This document shows positions 38,602 through 48,314 of a stretch of DNA of 64,000 bases, piece after piece (positions within the stretch are counted from its first letter, which is position 1; each line of letters opens with the position of its first letter). The notes under the pieces were generated by a model that was given only the letters and a program-made list of their open reading frames with translations, ran no database searches and was not told where the DNA came from. Made by a program: the position numbers and the translations under genes. Origin of the DNA: Candidatus Limnocylindria bacterium (GTDB lineage Bacteria; Chloroflexota; Limnocylindria; P2-11E); NCBI GenBank assembly GCA_036001645.1, contig DASYUC010000003.1, forward strand, positions 21,439 to 85,438, given 5' to 3'.

Positions 38602-39000
38602 ATAGAGGTAGCAGCCGTCGCGGAAGCGCGGACGCGCGAACGAGAGCCGGCCGAGAACGTGACCGATCGGATCGGCGTGATGAGCGATGAGCTCGCGCGC
38701 GACGCGACTACTGTTCGACGCTATCGACGACCGCCTGCACCGCCGCGGTCACCCGTTCGGCGGTCGTGACGCGCGGATCGAAGCGCAGCGTGAGCTTTCG
38801 GTCGATCGCCTCCATGCTCACGCTGACCACTCCCTCGATCTTCCTGCAACCCGTCACGACCTGTGACGCACAGGAGCTTCACATCAGTGCCGAGATCTCG
38901 AGCGAGATCTCCTCGAGGTCGGCCGCGGCAGAGGCCGCGGGCGCGCGAGGCCCGGCGTCCGGCGTCAGTGCCGGCGAGCCGCACGCGACGACCGCGACCA

Positions 39001-39049
39001 CCAAAAGGAAGGGCGCCAAACGCACAGGGTGATTGTGCGCTTGGCGCCC
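39001..39049 (-). terminator. intrinsic terminator after the CsbD-like gene
   Basis: 15-bp stem (1 mismatch) GGGCGCCAAGCGCACA/UGUGCGUUUGGCGCCC with 7-nt loop, followed by UUCCUUUUGG on the minus strand. Confidence 0.5.
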
Positions 39050-39073
39050 AAGGTCGCGGTGGGTCAGGAAGTA

Positions 39074-39307
39074 CTAGTGGTCGACGTCCTCGACCGGCGG
39101 GTGGTCTTCCTTGAATTCGCCGATGCCCTGCTTGATCTTGCCTTTGGCCTGGTCCACCTTGCCGCCGATCTCGGTCGAGCGGTCGCCGCCGATCTTTCCA
39201 ACTTGCTCCTTGACCTTGCCCTTCGCTTCGTCGAACTTGCCTTCGACCTGCAACTCGTCCCCCGTCTTGTCTTTCATCGTCTTGTCTTTCATCGTCTTGT
39301 CCTTCAT
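39074..39307 (-). CDS. CsbD-family general stress protein
   Basis: GKFDEAKGKVKEQVGKIGGD...GKVDQAKGKIKQGIGEFKE; GGAGG SD 6 nt before ATG 39307. Confidence 0.8.
   Translation of the reverse strand: MKDKTMKDKTMKDKTGDELQVEGKFDEAKGKVKEQVGKIGGDRSTEIGGKVDQAKGKIKQGIGEFKEDHPPVEDVDH
39263..39307 (-). repeat. 3 x 15-nt perfect/near-perfect tandem repeat encoding MKDKT-MKDKT-MKDKT at the CsbD N-terminus
   Basis: cgtcttgtctttcat x2 + cgtcttgtccttcat on the plus strand. Confidence 0.7.
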
Positions 39308-39376
39308 CTGTTGCCTCCATGCGAAATACGGCCCCAAGAAAGGGGCGGCAAGACCGATGCCGCGACACCCTCTGCG

Positions 39377-40054
39377 CTAGAGCGTGAGGAGGATGAGCGG
39401 GAGGTTGTTCGCTAGGTCGATCGCACCCACGACGACGAGGACGACTCCCGCGACGCGCGAGACGACCTCGCGGTGCCGCGCGAAGAACAGCACCAGCGAT
39501 CGCTGCTTCGAATACGCGAGCAGTGAGATCGCGAGCAGTGGCAGACCGAAGCCGAGCCCGAACGCCATGAAGAAAGCGAACGCGCCGATGAAGCTGTCGA
39601 ACGACAGCGACAGCCCGAAGAGGGCAACGAGCAAGGGCGCGGCGCACGGCAGCGCGATCGGTCCGTACAGCACGCCATACGCGTAGGCCGAACGGATCGT
39701 TCCTCCGCCGACCTTCGCGGGACCGAGCACCGGGAGCCTCGCGAACGGATCGTGGCCGAACAGGAGCACGATCCCGAGCGCGATGACCACGATGTCGGCC
39801 AGCGGCGTCACGATCCGCAGCACGCTTGACGTCGACAATGCGAGCGCAGCCATGAGCGCACCGAGGACGACCATCGTTGTGAGCACTCCCGCCAGGACGA
39901 CCAGCCCGAGCCACGGAGCGGCACGCGACGGGACGCCGTCCTCGCGGCGCGCGGCCAGGTACGCCAGGAATCCCGGATAGAGCGGAAGGGCGCACGGCGA
40001 CACCGTCGCGAACAATCCGATGGCGAAGCCGGTCGCGAGCTCGCTGGCTAGCAC
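39377..40054 (-). CDS. ccdA: CcdA-family thiol-disulfide electron transfer membrane protein, second paralog
   Basis: FATVSPCALPLYPGFL and PIALPCAAPLLVALFG motifs; GTG start 3 nt after the stop of the TlpA-like gene. Confidence 0.8.
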   Translation of the reverse strand: MLASELATGFAIGLFATVSPCALPLYPGFLAYLAARREDGVPSRAAPWLGLVVLAGVLTTMVVLGALMAALALSTSSVLRIVTPLADIVVIALGIVLLFGHDPFARLPVLGPAKVGGGTIRSAYAYGVLYGPIALPCAAPLLVALFGLSLSFDSFIGAFAFFMAFGLGFGLPLLAISLLAYSKQRSLVLFFARHREVVSRVAGVVLVVVGAIDLANNLPLILLTL

Positions 40055-40057
40055 GCT

Positions 40058-40660
40058 CTAAGCGCGGTAGCGGTCGACGAGCATGCGCACCGTGTTCGCG
40101 TCGCGGTGACCGAATGGAACGAGGTGCGCTTCTCCCTTCGGGTCCACGATGAACATCGGCTCGGACGGTGGCGTGAGGAACTGCGTGCCGAATGCGCGCT
40201 GCAGCTCGACGAGCATCTCCCGCGGCGCGAGCGCGAACCGCCAGCCAAAGCCGTGCTGTTCCGCGAACCGCCTCAGTTGATCAGCGTTCTCTGTCGTGTC
40301 CACGTCGATCGAGACCATGAGCACGTCCGACCCGAGGCTCGGGAGGGTGTCCTTCACAACCAACTGCTGTGAGAGGCAGCTCAGTCACCAGACCGCCATG
40401 CCTTCGACGATCACCGTCTTGCCCGCGAATCCGTCCAGCGTGAAGCGCTCGCCGGTGCGAACGTCGGTGAGTGCGATGCGAAGGACGGGCGACGAGGCGG
40501 ACGATGCAGGCGATGCCGCGCTCGTTGGCGTCGCCGAGGCGGTGACGGCCGTGGCCGCGACGTCGGTACGCGGCGGCGCGCTCGCGGCGGGCGGCGTCAC
40601 GGCGCCGCAGGCCACGCAGGCGACGACGAGCGCAAGCGCTACGCCCGGGGCGATCCGCAC
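40058..40660 (-). CDS. TlpA/ResA-like thioredoxin-fold lipoprotein interrupted by in-frame TGA at the first Cys position of the CxxC motif (W-TGA-L-S-C); candidate selenoprotein or nonsense-mutated pseudogene
   Basis: The N-half (lipoprotein signal MVRIAPGVALALVVAC, ...FAGKTVIVEGMAVW) and C-half (LSCLSQQ...VSIDVD...FIVDPKGEAHLVP) are in the same frame, separated only by TGA at 40385-40387; the two listed ORFs 40385..41461 and 40058..40363 are its halves. Confidence 0.55.
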
Positions 40661-40795
40661 CACGTCGATGCTACGGCGCGAGCGTGCTGTCGGATGCGGG
40701 CCGCGACGCGAACACCGGTCGGCGATGGAGCGCGGCGAACGGCGATGGCGCTCACCAGTTGACGGTCGGGCCGCCACCCGTTCATCGTTGGCGCC

Positions 40796-41803
40796 ATGGC
40801 CGTCGCGGACGTTCTGGGTCTGGGCGCACGCCTCCCGGCGGGCTACCGCGCGCGCGAGTTCGCGGACGGCGACCGGGAGCCGTTCGTCGCGGAGCGCAGC
40901 CGCGAACAGCACTGGATGCAACACGGCAGTGCCGCGGAATGGCGCTACTGGGAGAACCTCACGAAGGACCCGACGCTGCTGCGCGTGAGCGTCGACGCGC
41001 CGGACGGCAGCATCGCCGCGATCGCCGACATCGGCGTCGGGTTCATGGCCCGCCCCGACCGCTCGCAGTTCATCGGGATGACGGTCCTCGCGCCATATCG
41101 GCGGAAGGGCATCGGCACCGCGCTGCTCGAGGCGCTCGAGGACGAGGCCAGGCGTCGCGAAGTCCCGAGGCTGCTCGCGGGTGCGAACGAGGGCGAGAAG
41201 TTCGCCCTCGATTGGGCCATCGCCCACGGTTACCGCCAGATCGGGCGCCGCATCGCGTCCTACGTCGAGCTGTCGAAGTTCGAGCCAGGGCAGTTCTCCG
41301 AGGCGACGGCGCGCGCACGCGCCAGCGGCATCACGATCACGAGCTTCGCCGAGACGCTCGACGGCCGCGACGCGGCCGCGCAGGAGCAATGGTGGCGAGC
41401 GCTGTACGCGGCGGAGGCGCCGATGTGGGAGGACATCCCGTTCGCGACACCCACGCCGCACTGGCCGTGGGAGCGCTTCTACGAGGCGGCGACGAGCGGC
41501 CAGATGCTCATGGACCTATCGCTGGTCGCATACGCAGGCGATCAGATCGCGGGATTCACCACGACCGGGAAACGCCAGGACCGCGACGGTTGGACGTGGA
41601 TGACCGGAACGGCGCGCGAGCACCGCGGCCACGGCGTGGCGCGCGCGCTCAAGGTGGAAGCGCTCACGCGCGCGAAGCGAAAGGGCCTGCGCGCGATGGG
41701 CACGACGAACGACGAGCCGAACAAGTCGATGCGCGGGATCAACGCGAAGCTGGGCTACCAGATGCTTCCGGCGCACGTGGAGCTGGAGAAGCCGCTGGCC
41801 TGA
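40796..41803 (+). CDS. GNAT-family N-acetyltransferase with tandem GNAT domains
   Basis: Two acetyltransferase cores (RRKGIGTALLEALE and HRGHGVARALKVEAL). Confidence 0.7.
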   Translation: MAVADVLGLGARLPAGYRAREFADGDREPFVAERSREQHWMQHGSAAEWRYWENLTKDPTLLRVSVDAPDGSIAAIADIGVGFMARPDRSQFIGMTVLAPYRRKGIGTALLEALEDEARRREVPRLLAGANEGEKFALDWAIAHGYRQIGRRIASYVELSKFEPGQFSEATARARASGITITSFAETLDGRDAAAQEQWWRALYAAEAPMWEDIPFATPTPHWPWERFYEAATSGQMLMDLSLVAYAGDQIAGFTTTGKRQDRDGWTWMTGTAREHRGHGVARALKVEALTRAKRKGLRAMGTTNDEPNKSMRGINAKLGYQMLPAHVELEKPLA

Positions 41804-43178
41804 CGTCCTGAGGTAGCAGGAGCAGCATGAGGCCCGCGCCGAGTGCGGCCGTCGATGAGAGGATCAGTCCCCCACCCACATCGGTCAGCTGCCAGATCGC
41901 GGTCGCGCCGAGCGCGCCGATCACCGTCCCGGTCTGCGCGACCGCGCTCACGACGCCGAACACGCGTCCGCGCCGTGCCGCCGGGACCGCCGTCGTGAGG
42001 AGCGCGAACCACGACGCGTTGTACGCCGTGAGCGCGGCGCCGGTGACGAAGCTGATCGCGTAGAAGAACGGCTTCGGCAGCCCGAAGAAGACGATGAAGC
42101 CGAACAGGAAGATCGGGATCGACGAGAGCACGGCCATGCGCCGCCGCCCGGTGCGGTCGGCGAGATGGCCGAGCCATGGACCGAGGGTGATGTCGCCGAT
42201 GCCGAAGATCGTGAAGATGATCCCGACGTCGAAGGTCGACCAGCCCAAGCGACTTGTGACGAATGGCGCGTAGCTCGTGATCCAACCGCCGAACCCGATG
42301 AGCAGCAGCAGATTCCCCGCGAGCAGGATGAACACCGTCCGGCTCCAGACCCGGCCGCCCGCGGCGGCGGTCGCGGCGCCCTCGTGCGCGCGCGTCTGGG
42401 GACGCGGGAGGAAGAGCGCGGCAACGAACGCGAGCGCGCTCGTTCCGGCGACGATGAGGAACGGAGCGCGTAGGTCGCCGCCGGCGGCGACGAGGCCCCC
42501 GAATCCGGGGCCGAGGATGCTCCCGGCCGAGTTCGCCGCCGAGATGATGCTGTTGAAGAACGCGAGACTCGCCTGCTCGGCGGTCTGCGAGATGTACAGG
42601 CGCGTCGCGACCATGTTGATGCCGCCGCCGAGGCCTGCGATGACGCGGTAGCCGATGAGCGCGATCGCCGTGGGCGCGGTCGCGATGAGCAGGTTCGCGG
42701 CCGCGTAGGTCCCGATCCCGGCCACGACGAAGCGCCGCGCGCCGTAGCGGTCCATGAGGAATCCCGACGCGAACTGCGCGACACCGTTCGCGATCGCGAA
42801 GCCGCTCGTCATGAGGCCGAGCTGCAGGGGCGTGGCGCCAAGCGATAGCGCGTAGAGCGGGAGCAGCGGGAGCATGATCGAGATGCCCAGGCTCGAGACG
42901 AACGAGATCGTCGCGAGCACGGCGAGCGCGGGGCTGCCGTTCTCCCGGAGGCGCTGGATCACGGCGCGTACGCTAGCGATCGCATGGAAGGTGATCCCGT
43001 TGGCGCGTTCCTCCTCCTCGGGTCCGCGCTCTGCGCCATCAGCGCGAGCCTTGTCGTGTGCTACGTCATCTGGCTGAACACCTGGGAAGGCTGGGAATCG
43101 TGGAACGCTCGGACCGGCCTCGACGCCGACCGCGCGGCGGAGGAGCGCCTTATGGGGCGCATCGGGCGTAGATGACAA
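41739..43178 (-). CDS. MFS transporter
   Basis: 12-TM MFS pattern; N-terminus may start later than listed. Confidence 0.75.
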   Translation of the reverse strand: MSSTPDAPHKALLRRAVGVEAGPSVPRFPAFPGVQPDDVAHDKARADGAERGPEEEERANGITFHAIASVRAVIQRLRENGSPALAVLATISFVSSLGISIMLPLLPLYALSLGATPLQLGLMTSGFAIANGVAQFASGFLMDRYGARRFVVAGIGTYAAANLLIATAPTAIALIGYRVIAGLGGGINMVATRLYISQTAEQASLAFFNSIISAANSAGSILGPGFGGLVAAGGDLRAPFLIVAGTSALAFVAALFLPRPQTRAHEGAATAAAGGRVWSRTVFILLAGNLLLLIGFGGWITSYAPFVTSRLGWSTFDVGIIFTIFGIGDITLGPWLGHLADRTGRRRMAVLSSIPIFLFGFIVFFGLPKPFFYAISFVTGAALTAYNASWFALLTTAVPAARRGRVFGVVSAVAQTGTVIGALGATAIWQLTDVGGGLILSSTAALGAGLMLLLLPQDVRPAASPAPRAPEASGSPASR

Positions 43179-43226
43179 AAGGAGGGAGGCGAAACGCCTC
43201 CCTCCTTTCGTGGTCGCAAGTGGACG

Positions 43227-44798
43227 CTAATCGGCGGGTGTCGCCTCGGTCATCATGCCGGGCTCTTCGCCACCGACCTCCGACCAGATCTTGACGTTCT
43301 TGGGCTCCCTCAGGAACAGCGTTCCAAGCACCACGGTCATGATCGAGACCGTGATCACGTACGCCAGACCGAGATAGATGTTGCCGTTCGGGTCAGGCGG
43401 GGTCGACGTGTTGAACTGCCGCAGATCGAAGATGCCGAGCCACGGCACGTACGACGTCTGGATCGGGATCGTCGCACCGACGAGGCCGGTGAACGTCAGC
43501 GGGAGCAGGCCGCCGAACCAGCCGTTCCCGAAGTGGTAGGGGATCGAGAGCGAGGTGTAGCGGACCTTCGCGCGGAAGTACTCCACCAGGAAGGCCGCGA
43601 TCGGTCCGTAGACCATCGTCACGTAGATCACCTGGATCCACACCAGGCCGACCAACAGGAGGGTGTCGGGATTCGCTTTCGTGATGAGACCGGTCGGGCC
43701 ATATTCGACATGCGCCGCGCTGTACATCCCGTGGTAGATCGGGATGTACGTGACCGCGGCGATGAGACAACCGGCGAGGATGATGATCTTGCGGCCGATC
43801 TTGTCCGAAAGCCAGCCGAAGAACAGGAAGAACGGCGTTCCCAGCGCGACCGCCCACAGCATGATGGTGTACGACTGCGTGAAGCTGAGCTTCAAGTACG
43901 TCGTCATGAAGAAGTTGGCTTGGAACTGACCCTGGTACCAGACGACGCCCTGGCCGGCGGTGAGGCCGAGCAGGACGAGCAGGATCGTGCCGACCTTGCG
44001 TCCGCTGAAGCTCTCCTTGGCCCAGTTGCCAGCGCCGGTCACGGCCTGGTTCGCCGCCTTGAGGCGCGCGAACAGCGGGGTCTCGCGGAGGCGGATGCGG
44101 ATGTAGAGCGCGACGATCAGCAGTAGCGCGCCGAGGATGAACGGGTACCGCCAGCCGACCGACGCGAAGTCGGCGGTCGCCATGGTCGTGCGGAAATACA
44201 GGATGACCGCGAGCGCGAAGAAGAAGCCGAGCGTGGCGGTGGTCTGGATCCACGAGGTGTAGAGACCGCGCTTGTTGTCGGGCGCGTGCTCGGCCACGTA
44301 GATCGCGGCGCCACCGTACTCACCGCCGAGCGCGAGACCCTGGATCAATCGCAGGATCACGAGCCCGATCGGCGCCAGGAGGCCGATGTCCTTGTACGTC
44401 GGAAGCAGACCCATGAGAACGGTGGAGAGGCCCATCGCCGTGATGGTCACGAGGAACGTGTACTTGCGTCCGATGATGTCGCCGAGTGCGCCGAAGATGA
44501 CAGCGCCGAACGGCCGAACGAGGAAGCCCGCCGCATACGCGGCGAACCCCGAGAGCTGCACCGCGGTCGGATTGTCACCCGGGAAGAAGAGCGGTGAAAG
44601 GAACGGCGTCAGCGTCGCGTAGAGATAGAAGTCGTACCACTCGACGATCGTGCCGGCGGACGCCGCGGTGATGACGAACGGAAGCCCGTAGGTCGGTCTT
44701 GTCGCCGTCGCCGCGCCCGCTCTAGTCGTTGCCAAGTTCCACCCCCTGCGCCGATCTGGCGAAGGGGTATTTCTGGGACACGCAGGCTCCGACGTCAA
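43227..44798 (-). CDS. MFS transporter, metabolite:H+ symporter (MHS, ProP-like) family
   Basis: WYDFYLY, GALGDIIGRKYT, FGNGWFGG signature segments. Confidence 0.85.
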   Translation of the reverse strand: MTSEPACPRNTPSPDRRRGWNLATTRAGAATATRPTYGLPFVITAASAGTIVEWYDFYLYATLTPFLSPLFFPGDNPTAVQLSGFAAYAAGFLVRPFGAVIFGALGDIIGRKYTFLVTITAMGLSTVLMGLLPTYKDIGLLAPIGLVILRLIQGLALGGEYGGAAIYVAEHAPDNKRGLYTSWIQTTATLGFFFALAVILYFRTTMATADFASVGWRYPFILGALLLIVALYIRIRLRETPLFARLKAANQAVTGAGNWAKESFSGRKVGTILLVLLGLTAGQGVVWYQGQFQANFFMTTYLKLSFTQSYTIMLWAVALGTPFFLFFGWLSDKIGRKIIILAGCLIAAVTYIPIYHGMYSAAHVEYGPTGLITKANPDTLLLVGLVWIQVIYVTMVYGPIAAFLVEYFRAKVRYTSLSIPYHFGNGWFGGLLPLTFTGLVGATIPIQTSYVPWLGIFDLRQFNTSTPPDPNGNIYLGLAYVITVSIMTVVLGTLFLREPKNVKIWSEVGGEEPGMMTEATPAD

Positions 44799-44843
44799 CT
44801 CGCCCGTGCGCGACAGAAGAGTGTCGCTTGCTCGCCCTGTCGG

Positions 44844-46808
44844 TCACTCCTCCTTGCCGGAGGCCGACGCGGTCCGGATCGAATCGACGACGGTCGCGTC
44901 CGCCAGCGTGGTCGTGTCGCCGAGCGGCGTGCCGTTCGCTATGTCGCGGAGCAAGCGACGCATGATCTTCCCCGAGCGGGTCTTCGGCAGCTCCGGCGTG
45001 AACATGATCGTTTTCGGGCGGGCGATCGAGCCGATCTTGCTGACGACGTGCTCGCGGAGCTCCTTCGACAGCCCTTCGCCGGCCTCCTTGCCGCCGCGGA
45101 GCGTGACGAAGGCGAAGATCGCCTGGGTGGTGACCGGGTCCTCGCGGCCGATGACGGCCGCCTCGGCCACCGCTGGGTGCGAGACGAGCGCCGACTCGAC
45201 CTCGGTGGTCGAGATGCGGTGGCCGGAGATCTTCATCACGTCGTCGACCCGACCCATGAGCCAGAAGTAACCGTCCTTGTCGCGGCGTGCGCCGTCGCCG
45301 GCGAAATACCGGCCGGGGTAGCGGCTCCAGTAGGTCTCGCGATATCGCGCGTCGTCCTTGTAGATGCCGCGAAGCATCGCGGGCCAAGGCTTCGTGATGA
45401 CGAGATACCCCGCGCCACCGAGTGCCACGCTCTTGCCGTCCTCGTCGACGACATCCGCTCCGACGCCGGGGAACGGGAACGTGGCGCTTCCGGGCTTCGT
45501 CGTGGTGAGGCCCGGGAGCGGCGTGACGAGGATCATGCCCGTCTCCGTCATCCACCAGGTGTCGACGATCGGACACCGGCCGCCGCCGATGTTCTCGTGG
45601 TACCAGAGCCAGGCCTCGGGATTGATCGGCTCGCCGACGGAACCGAGCAAGCGCAGCGAGCTCATGTCGTGTTTCTCCGGATACTCGGCGCCCCACTTCA
45701 TGAACGTCCGGATCGCGGTCGGCGCGCAGTAGAGGATCGAGACCTTGTACTTCTCGATGACCCTCCACCAGCGATCCTTGTCCGGGAAGTCGGGCGTGCC
45801 CTCGTACATGACGCCGGTCGATCCGTTCGCGAGCGGCCCGAACACGATGTAGCTGTGACCGGTGACCCAGCCGATGTCAGCGGCACACCAATACACGTCC
45901 TCGTGCTTGATGTCGAAGATGAGCTTGTGCGTCGTCGCGACACCCGCGAGGTAGCCGGCCGTCGTGTGCACGATGCCCTTCGGCTTCGCCGTGGTGCCTG
46001 AGGTGTAGAGCAGGTACAGCATGTGCTCGCTCTCGAGGGACTCCGCCGCGCACTCGGGCTTCTGCTTGTCGACCATTTCGTGCCACCAGACGTCGCGGCC
46101 GATCGTCCACGGCACGTCCTGCTTCGTGCGCTTCACCACGAGGACCTTTTCGATCGTCTTCGCCTGCGCGACGGCGTCGTCGGCATTCTTCTTGAGCGCG
46201 ACCGCGCTCCCCTTCCGGTATCCGCCGTCGGCGGTGATGAGGACCTTTGCCTCCGAGTCGTTGATGCGGCCGGAGAGAGCCTCGGCGGAGAATCCGCCGA
46301 AGACCACCGTGAACGGCGCGCCGATGCGGGCGCACGCGAGCATCGCGGCAGGCAGCTCGGGGATCATCGGCATGTAGATCGCGACGCGGTCGCCCTTGCG
46401 GACGCCGAGCTCCTTGAGCGCGTTCGCGCAGCGGCAAGTCATCTCGAGGAGGTCCCGGTACGTGATCGTCCTCGTGTCGCCGGGCTCGCCCTCCCAGTGG
46501 TACGCGACCTTCGTCCCGCGGCCGGCTTTCACGTGCCGGTCGAGACAGTTCTCGGAGATGTTCAGCTCACCGCCGAGGAACCACTTCGCGTACGGCGCCT
46601 CCCACACGAGGACCTTGTCGAACGGCTTGCGCCAGAGGAGGTCCTTCGCCTGCTCCGCCCAGAACCCTTCGAGGTCCCGCTCCGCCCGCTGGTAGATAGC
46701 CGGATCGTTGGCGTTCGCCTTGGCGGCGAAGTCGGGTGGCGGCGGGAACCTGCGGTCCTCTTGGGCGAAGGTCTCGAGCGCCGTGGTGCTCTTGGTGCCG
46801 CTCGCCAT
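44844..46808 (-). CDS. acs: acetyl-CoA synthetase (acetate-CoA ligase)
   Basis: AMP-binding motif [11 protein letters not shown], full-length 654 aa Acs architecture. Confidence 0.9.
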   Translation of the reverse strand: MASGTKSTTALETFAQEDRRFPPPPDFAAKANANDPAIYQRAERDLEGFWAEQAKDLLWRKPFDKVLVWEAPYAKWFLGGELNISENCLDRHVKAGRGTKVAYHWEGEPGDTRTITYRDLLEMTCRCANALKELGVRKGDRVAIYMPMIPELPAAMLACARIGAPFTVVFGGFSAEALSGRINDSEAKVLITADGGYRKGSAVALKKNADDAVAQAKTIEKVLVVKRTKQDVPWTIGRDVWWHEMVDKQKPECAAESLESEHMLYLLYTSGTTAKPKGIVHTTAGYLAGVATTHKLIFDIKHEDVYWCAADIGWVTGHSYIVFGPLANGSTGVMYEGTPDFPDKDRWWRVIEKYKVSILYCAPTAIRTFMKWGAEYPEKHDMSSLRLLGSVGEPINPEAWLWYHENIGGGRCPIVDTWWMTETGMILVTPLPGLTTTKPGSATFPFPGVGADVVDEDGKSVALGGAGYLVITKPWPAMLRGIYKDDARYRETYWSRYPGRYFAGDGARRDKDGYFWLMGRVDDVMKISGHRISTTEVESALVSHPAVAEAAVIGREDPVTTQAIFAFVTLRGGKEAGEGLSKELREHVVSKIGSIARPKTIMFTPELPKTRSGKIMRRLLRDIANGTPLGDTTTLADATVVDSIRTASASGKEE

Positions 46809-46847
46809 GGCTCACCCCCGTCTCGGTCTGGGCCGCCGAGTATGCGA

Positions 46848-47345
46848 CTAGATCGCGGTGGCCGTCCCTTGGTCGAGCGCCCGCAGGTGGGCGATGTAGT
46901 GGTTCGGCAGCGTCAGGAGCCAGCCGAAGCAATTGAGCTCCCCGTAGTACGGATGACGGGCGGTGGCGCCGGTGTTCGGCTCCGCGGGGAACTCGGCCCG
47001 AAGCCGGCGCAGGGCCCCAGCGGCCTTCTCGGCGAGCGTGGAAATGCCAGGCCGGTTCACGGCCGACGCAGCGGGTCGCGGCTGGCCCGTGGAACCCGCT
47101 TCTTGTCCCTGCGCGAGACGAAGGGCGATGAGTGAGACGCCACGTTCGATGATCAGGAGGTGGACGGCGATCTGACCGACTCCCCAGTCGTCATCCGATC
47201 CCGCGGCGAGGTCGGCGTCGGTCGCCTGTTCGACCCGAGCCAGGAGTCGCGCGCGCCACTCGTCCGTCCCATCGGCCAGAAGGCGGATAGTCTCGCTGAC
47301 CCACCCGGGACGGTCCGGCGGGTCATCGGTTACGGTGAGCGTCAC
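46848..47345 (-). CDS. DinB_2/YfiT-like (MDMPI N-terminal-like) metal-dependent protein
   Basis: C-terminal 165 aa of the listed ORF (IRLLADGTDEW...GQIAVHLLIIE...) ; the listed upstream part overlaps the HU gene region and is discarded. Confidence 0.55.
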   Translation of the reverse strand: MTLTVTDDPPDRPGWVSETIRLLADGTDEWRARLLARVEQATDADLAAGSDDDWGVGQIAVHLLIIERGVSLIALRLAQGQEAGSTGQPRPAASAVNRPGISTLAEKAAGALRRLRAEFPAEPNTGATARHPYYGELNCFGWLLTLPNHYIAHLRALDQGTATAI

Positions 47346-47418
47346 AACAACGCATATTGCGCCGTTCGTGTGTGAGAATGCGGCGCGACTTGGCCGGAAG
47401 GCCGCACAGGAGGACGAA

Positions 47419-47709
47419 GTGGCGGGGATCTCAAAGTCGGAAACACTGAATCGGCTCTCGGAGAAGACACAGCTGACGAAGAAGCAGGTGGGCCTCGTTC
47501 TCGAAGAGCTGGCGGCCCTGGCGTACAAGGAAGCCCGCAACGGCTTCACGTTCCCGGGCGTCGGCAAGCTCGTCATCGTCGACCGCAAGGCTCGGCTCGG
47601 CCGCAACCCGGCGACCGGTGAGACGATCCAGATCCCGGCGAAGCGCGTGCTCAAGTTCCGCATCGCCAAGCAGGCGAAGGACTCGACTCTCGCGAAGCGC
47701 GGCAAGTAG
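47419..47709 (+). CDS. hup: HU/IHF-family nucleoid-associated DNA-binding protein
   Basis: AGGAGG SD 5 nt before GTG 47419; KKQVGLVLEELAALAYKEARNGFTFPGVGKLVIVDRKARLGRNPATGETIQIPAKRVLKFR plus Lys-rich tail. Confidence 0.85.
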   Translation: MAGISKSETLNRLSEKTQLTKKQVGLVLEELAALAYKEARNGFTFPGVGKLVIVDRKARLGRNPATGETIQIPAKRVLKFRIAKQAKDSTLAKRGK

Positions 47710-47826
47710 CGGCGCCGCAAAGCACTTTTCTTCGCGGGGTCCTTCATCGCGCGCGGTGAAGGACCTCGCGATACCTGGTCAGCTCTGACAGCCAGATAAG
47801 CCGCGCAGCCGTTTCTCGCGTCTGCT

Positions 47827-47839
47827 ACGTTCGGAACGT
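47827..47839. promoter_or_regulatory. perfect palindrome ACGTTC-G-GAACGT 5 nt upstream of the regulator start codon (candidate auto-operator)
   Basis: Occupies the position where an SD would be. Confidence 0.3.
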
Positions 47840-47843
47840 TCAG

Positions 47844-48314
47844 ATGAAACAGAACAAGGCCAAGATGACGGCGGCGCAGCACGACTTCGTGGATCACCTG
47901 GGCCAGCAGGTGGTCGGCTGGAACCTTCCTCGCACCACGGGACGCGTCTGGGCGTACCTGCTGATCCGCGGAGAGCCCGCTGTGCTCGACGACATCGCGC
48001 GCGACCTCGACGTCGCGAAGAGCGGCGCGAGCGTTGGAGCGCGCCAGCTGGTCGCGTTCGGTCTCGCGCGCAGCACTGGTGAGCGTGGCAGCCGGCGCGT
48101 CCTCTTCAGCGCGATCGACAACATGGACGCCATGTTCGCGGCGCGCAGCGAGAGCGCGCGCGCCGTGATGAGACTGCTGAACGAGGGTGCGCGCGTCGCA
48201 TCGATGCCAGCGACGCGCGCCAAGCTGCGCGAGATGGCATCCACCGTCGACGAGATCCTCGAACGAGAGGGCGCGGCGATCGCGTCGCGCAGCCGGAAGG
48301 GGAGACAGCCATGA
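47844..48314 (+). CDS. GbsR/MarR-type winged-helix transcriptional regulator
   Basis: RVWAYLLIRGEPAVLDDIARDLDVAKSGASVGARQLVAFGL; heads an ABC-2 exporter operon. Confidence 0.55.
   Translation: MKQNKAKMTAAQHDFVDHLGQQVVGWNLPRTTGRVWAYLLIRGEPAVLDDIARDLDVAKSGASVGARQLVAFGLARSTGERGSRRVLFSAIDNMDAMFAARSESARAVMRLLNEGARVASMPATRAKLREMASTVDEILEREGAAIASRSRKGRQP

Noticed and set aside
38721-39995. 424-aa ORF spanning the CsbD and CcdA region
   Set aside because: Arg/Gly-rich junk; it overlaps two well-supported genes (CsbD with SD, CcdA with conserved Cys motifs) in other frames.
40364-40384. Small hairpin 4 nt after the in-frame TGA as a SECIS element
   Set aside because: Only 6 bp, no G in the apical loop and atypically close to the UGA. 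It is reported in the finding but not annotated as a feature.
47710-47790. Possible intrinsic terminator after the HU gene (GCGGCGCCGC ... TTTTCTT, then GGTCCTTCA-N10-TGAAGGACC)
   Set aside because: The GC palindrome has no loop. The 9-bp hairpin is not followed by a U-tract, so it is too ambiguous to call.
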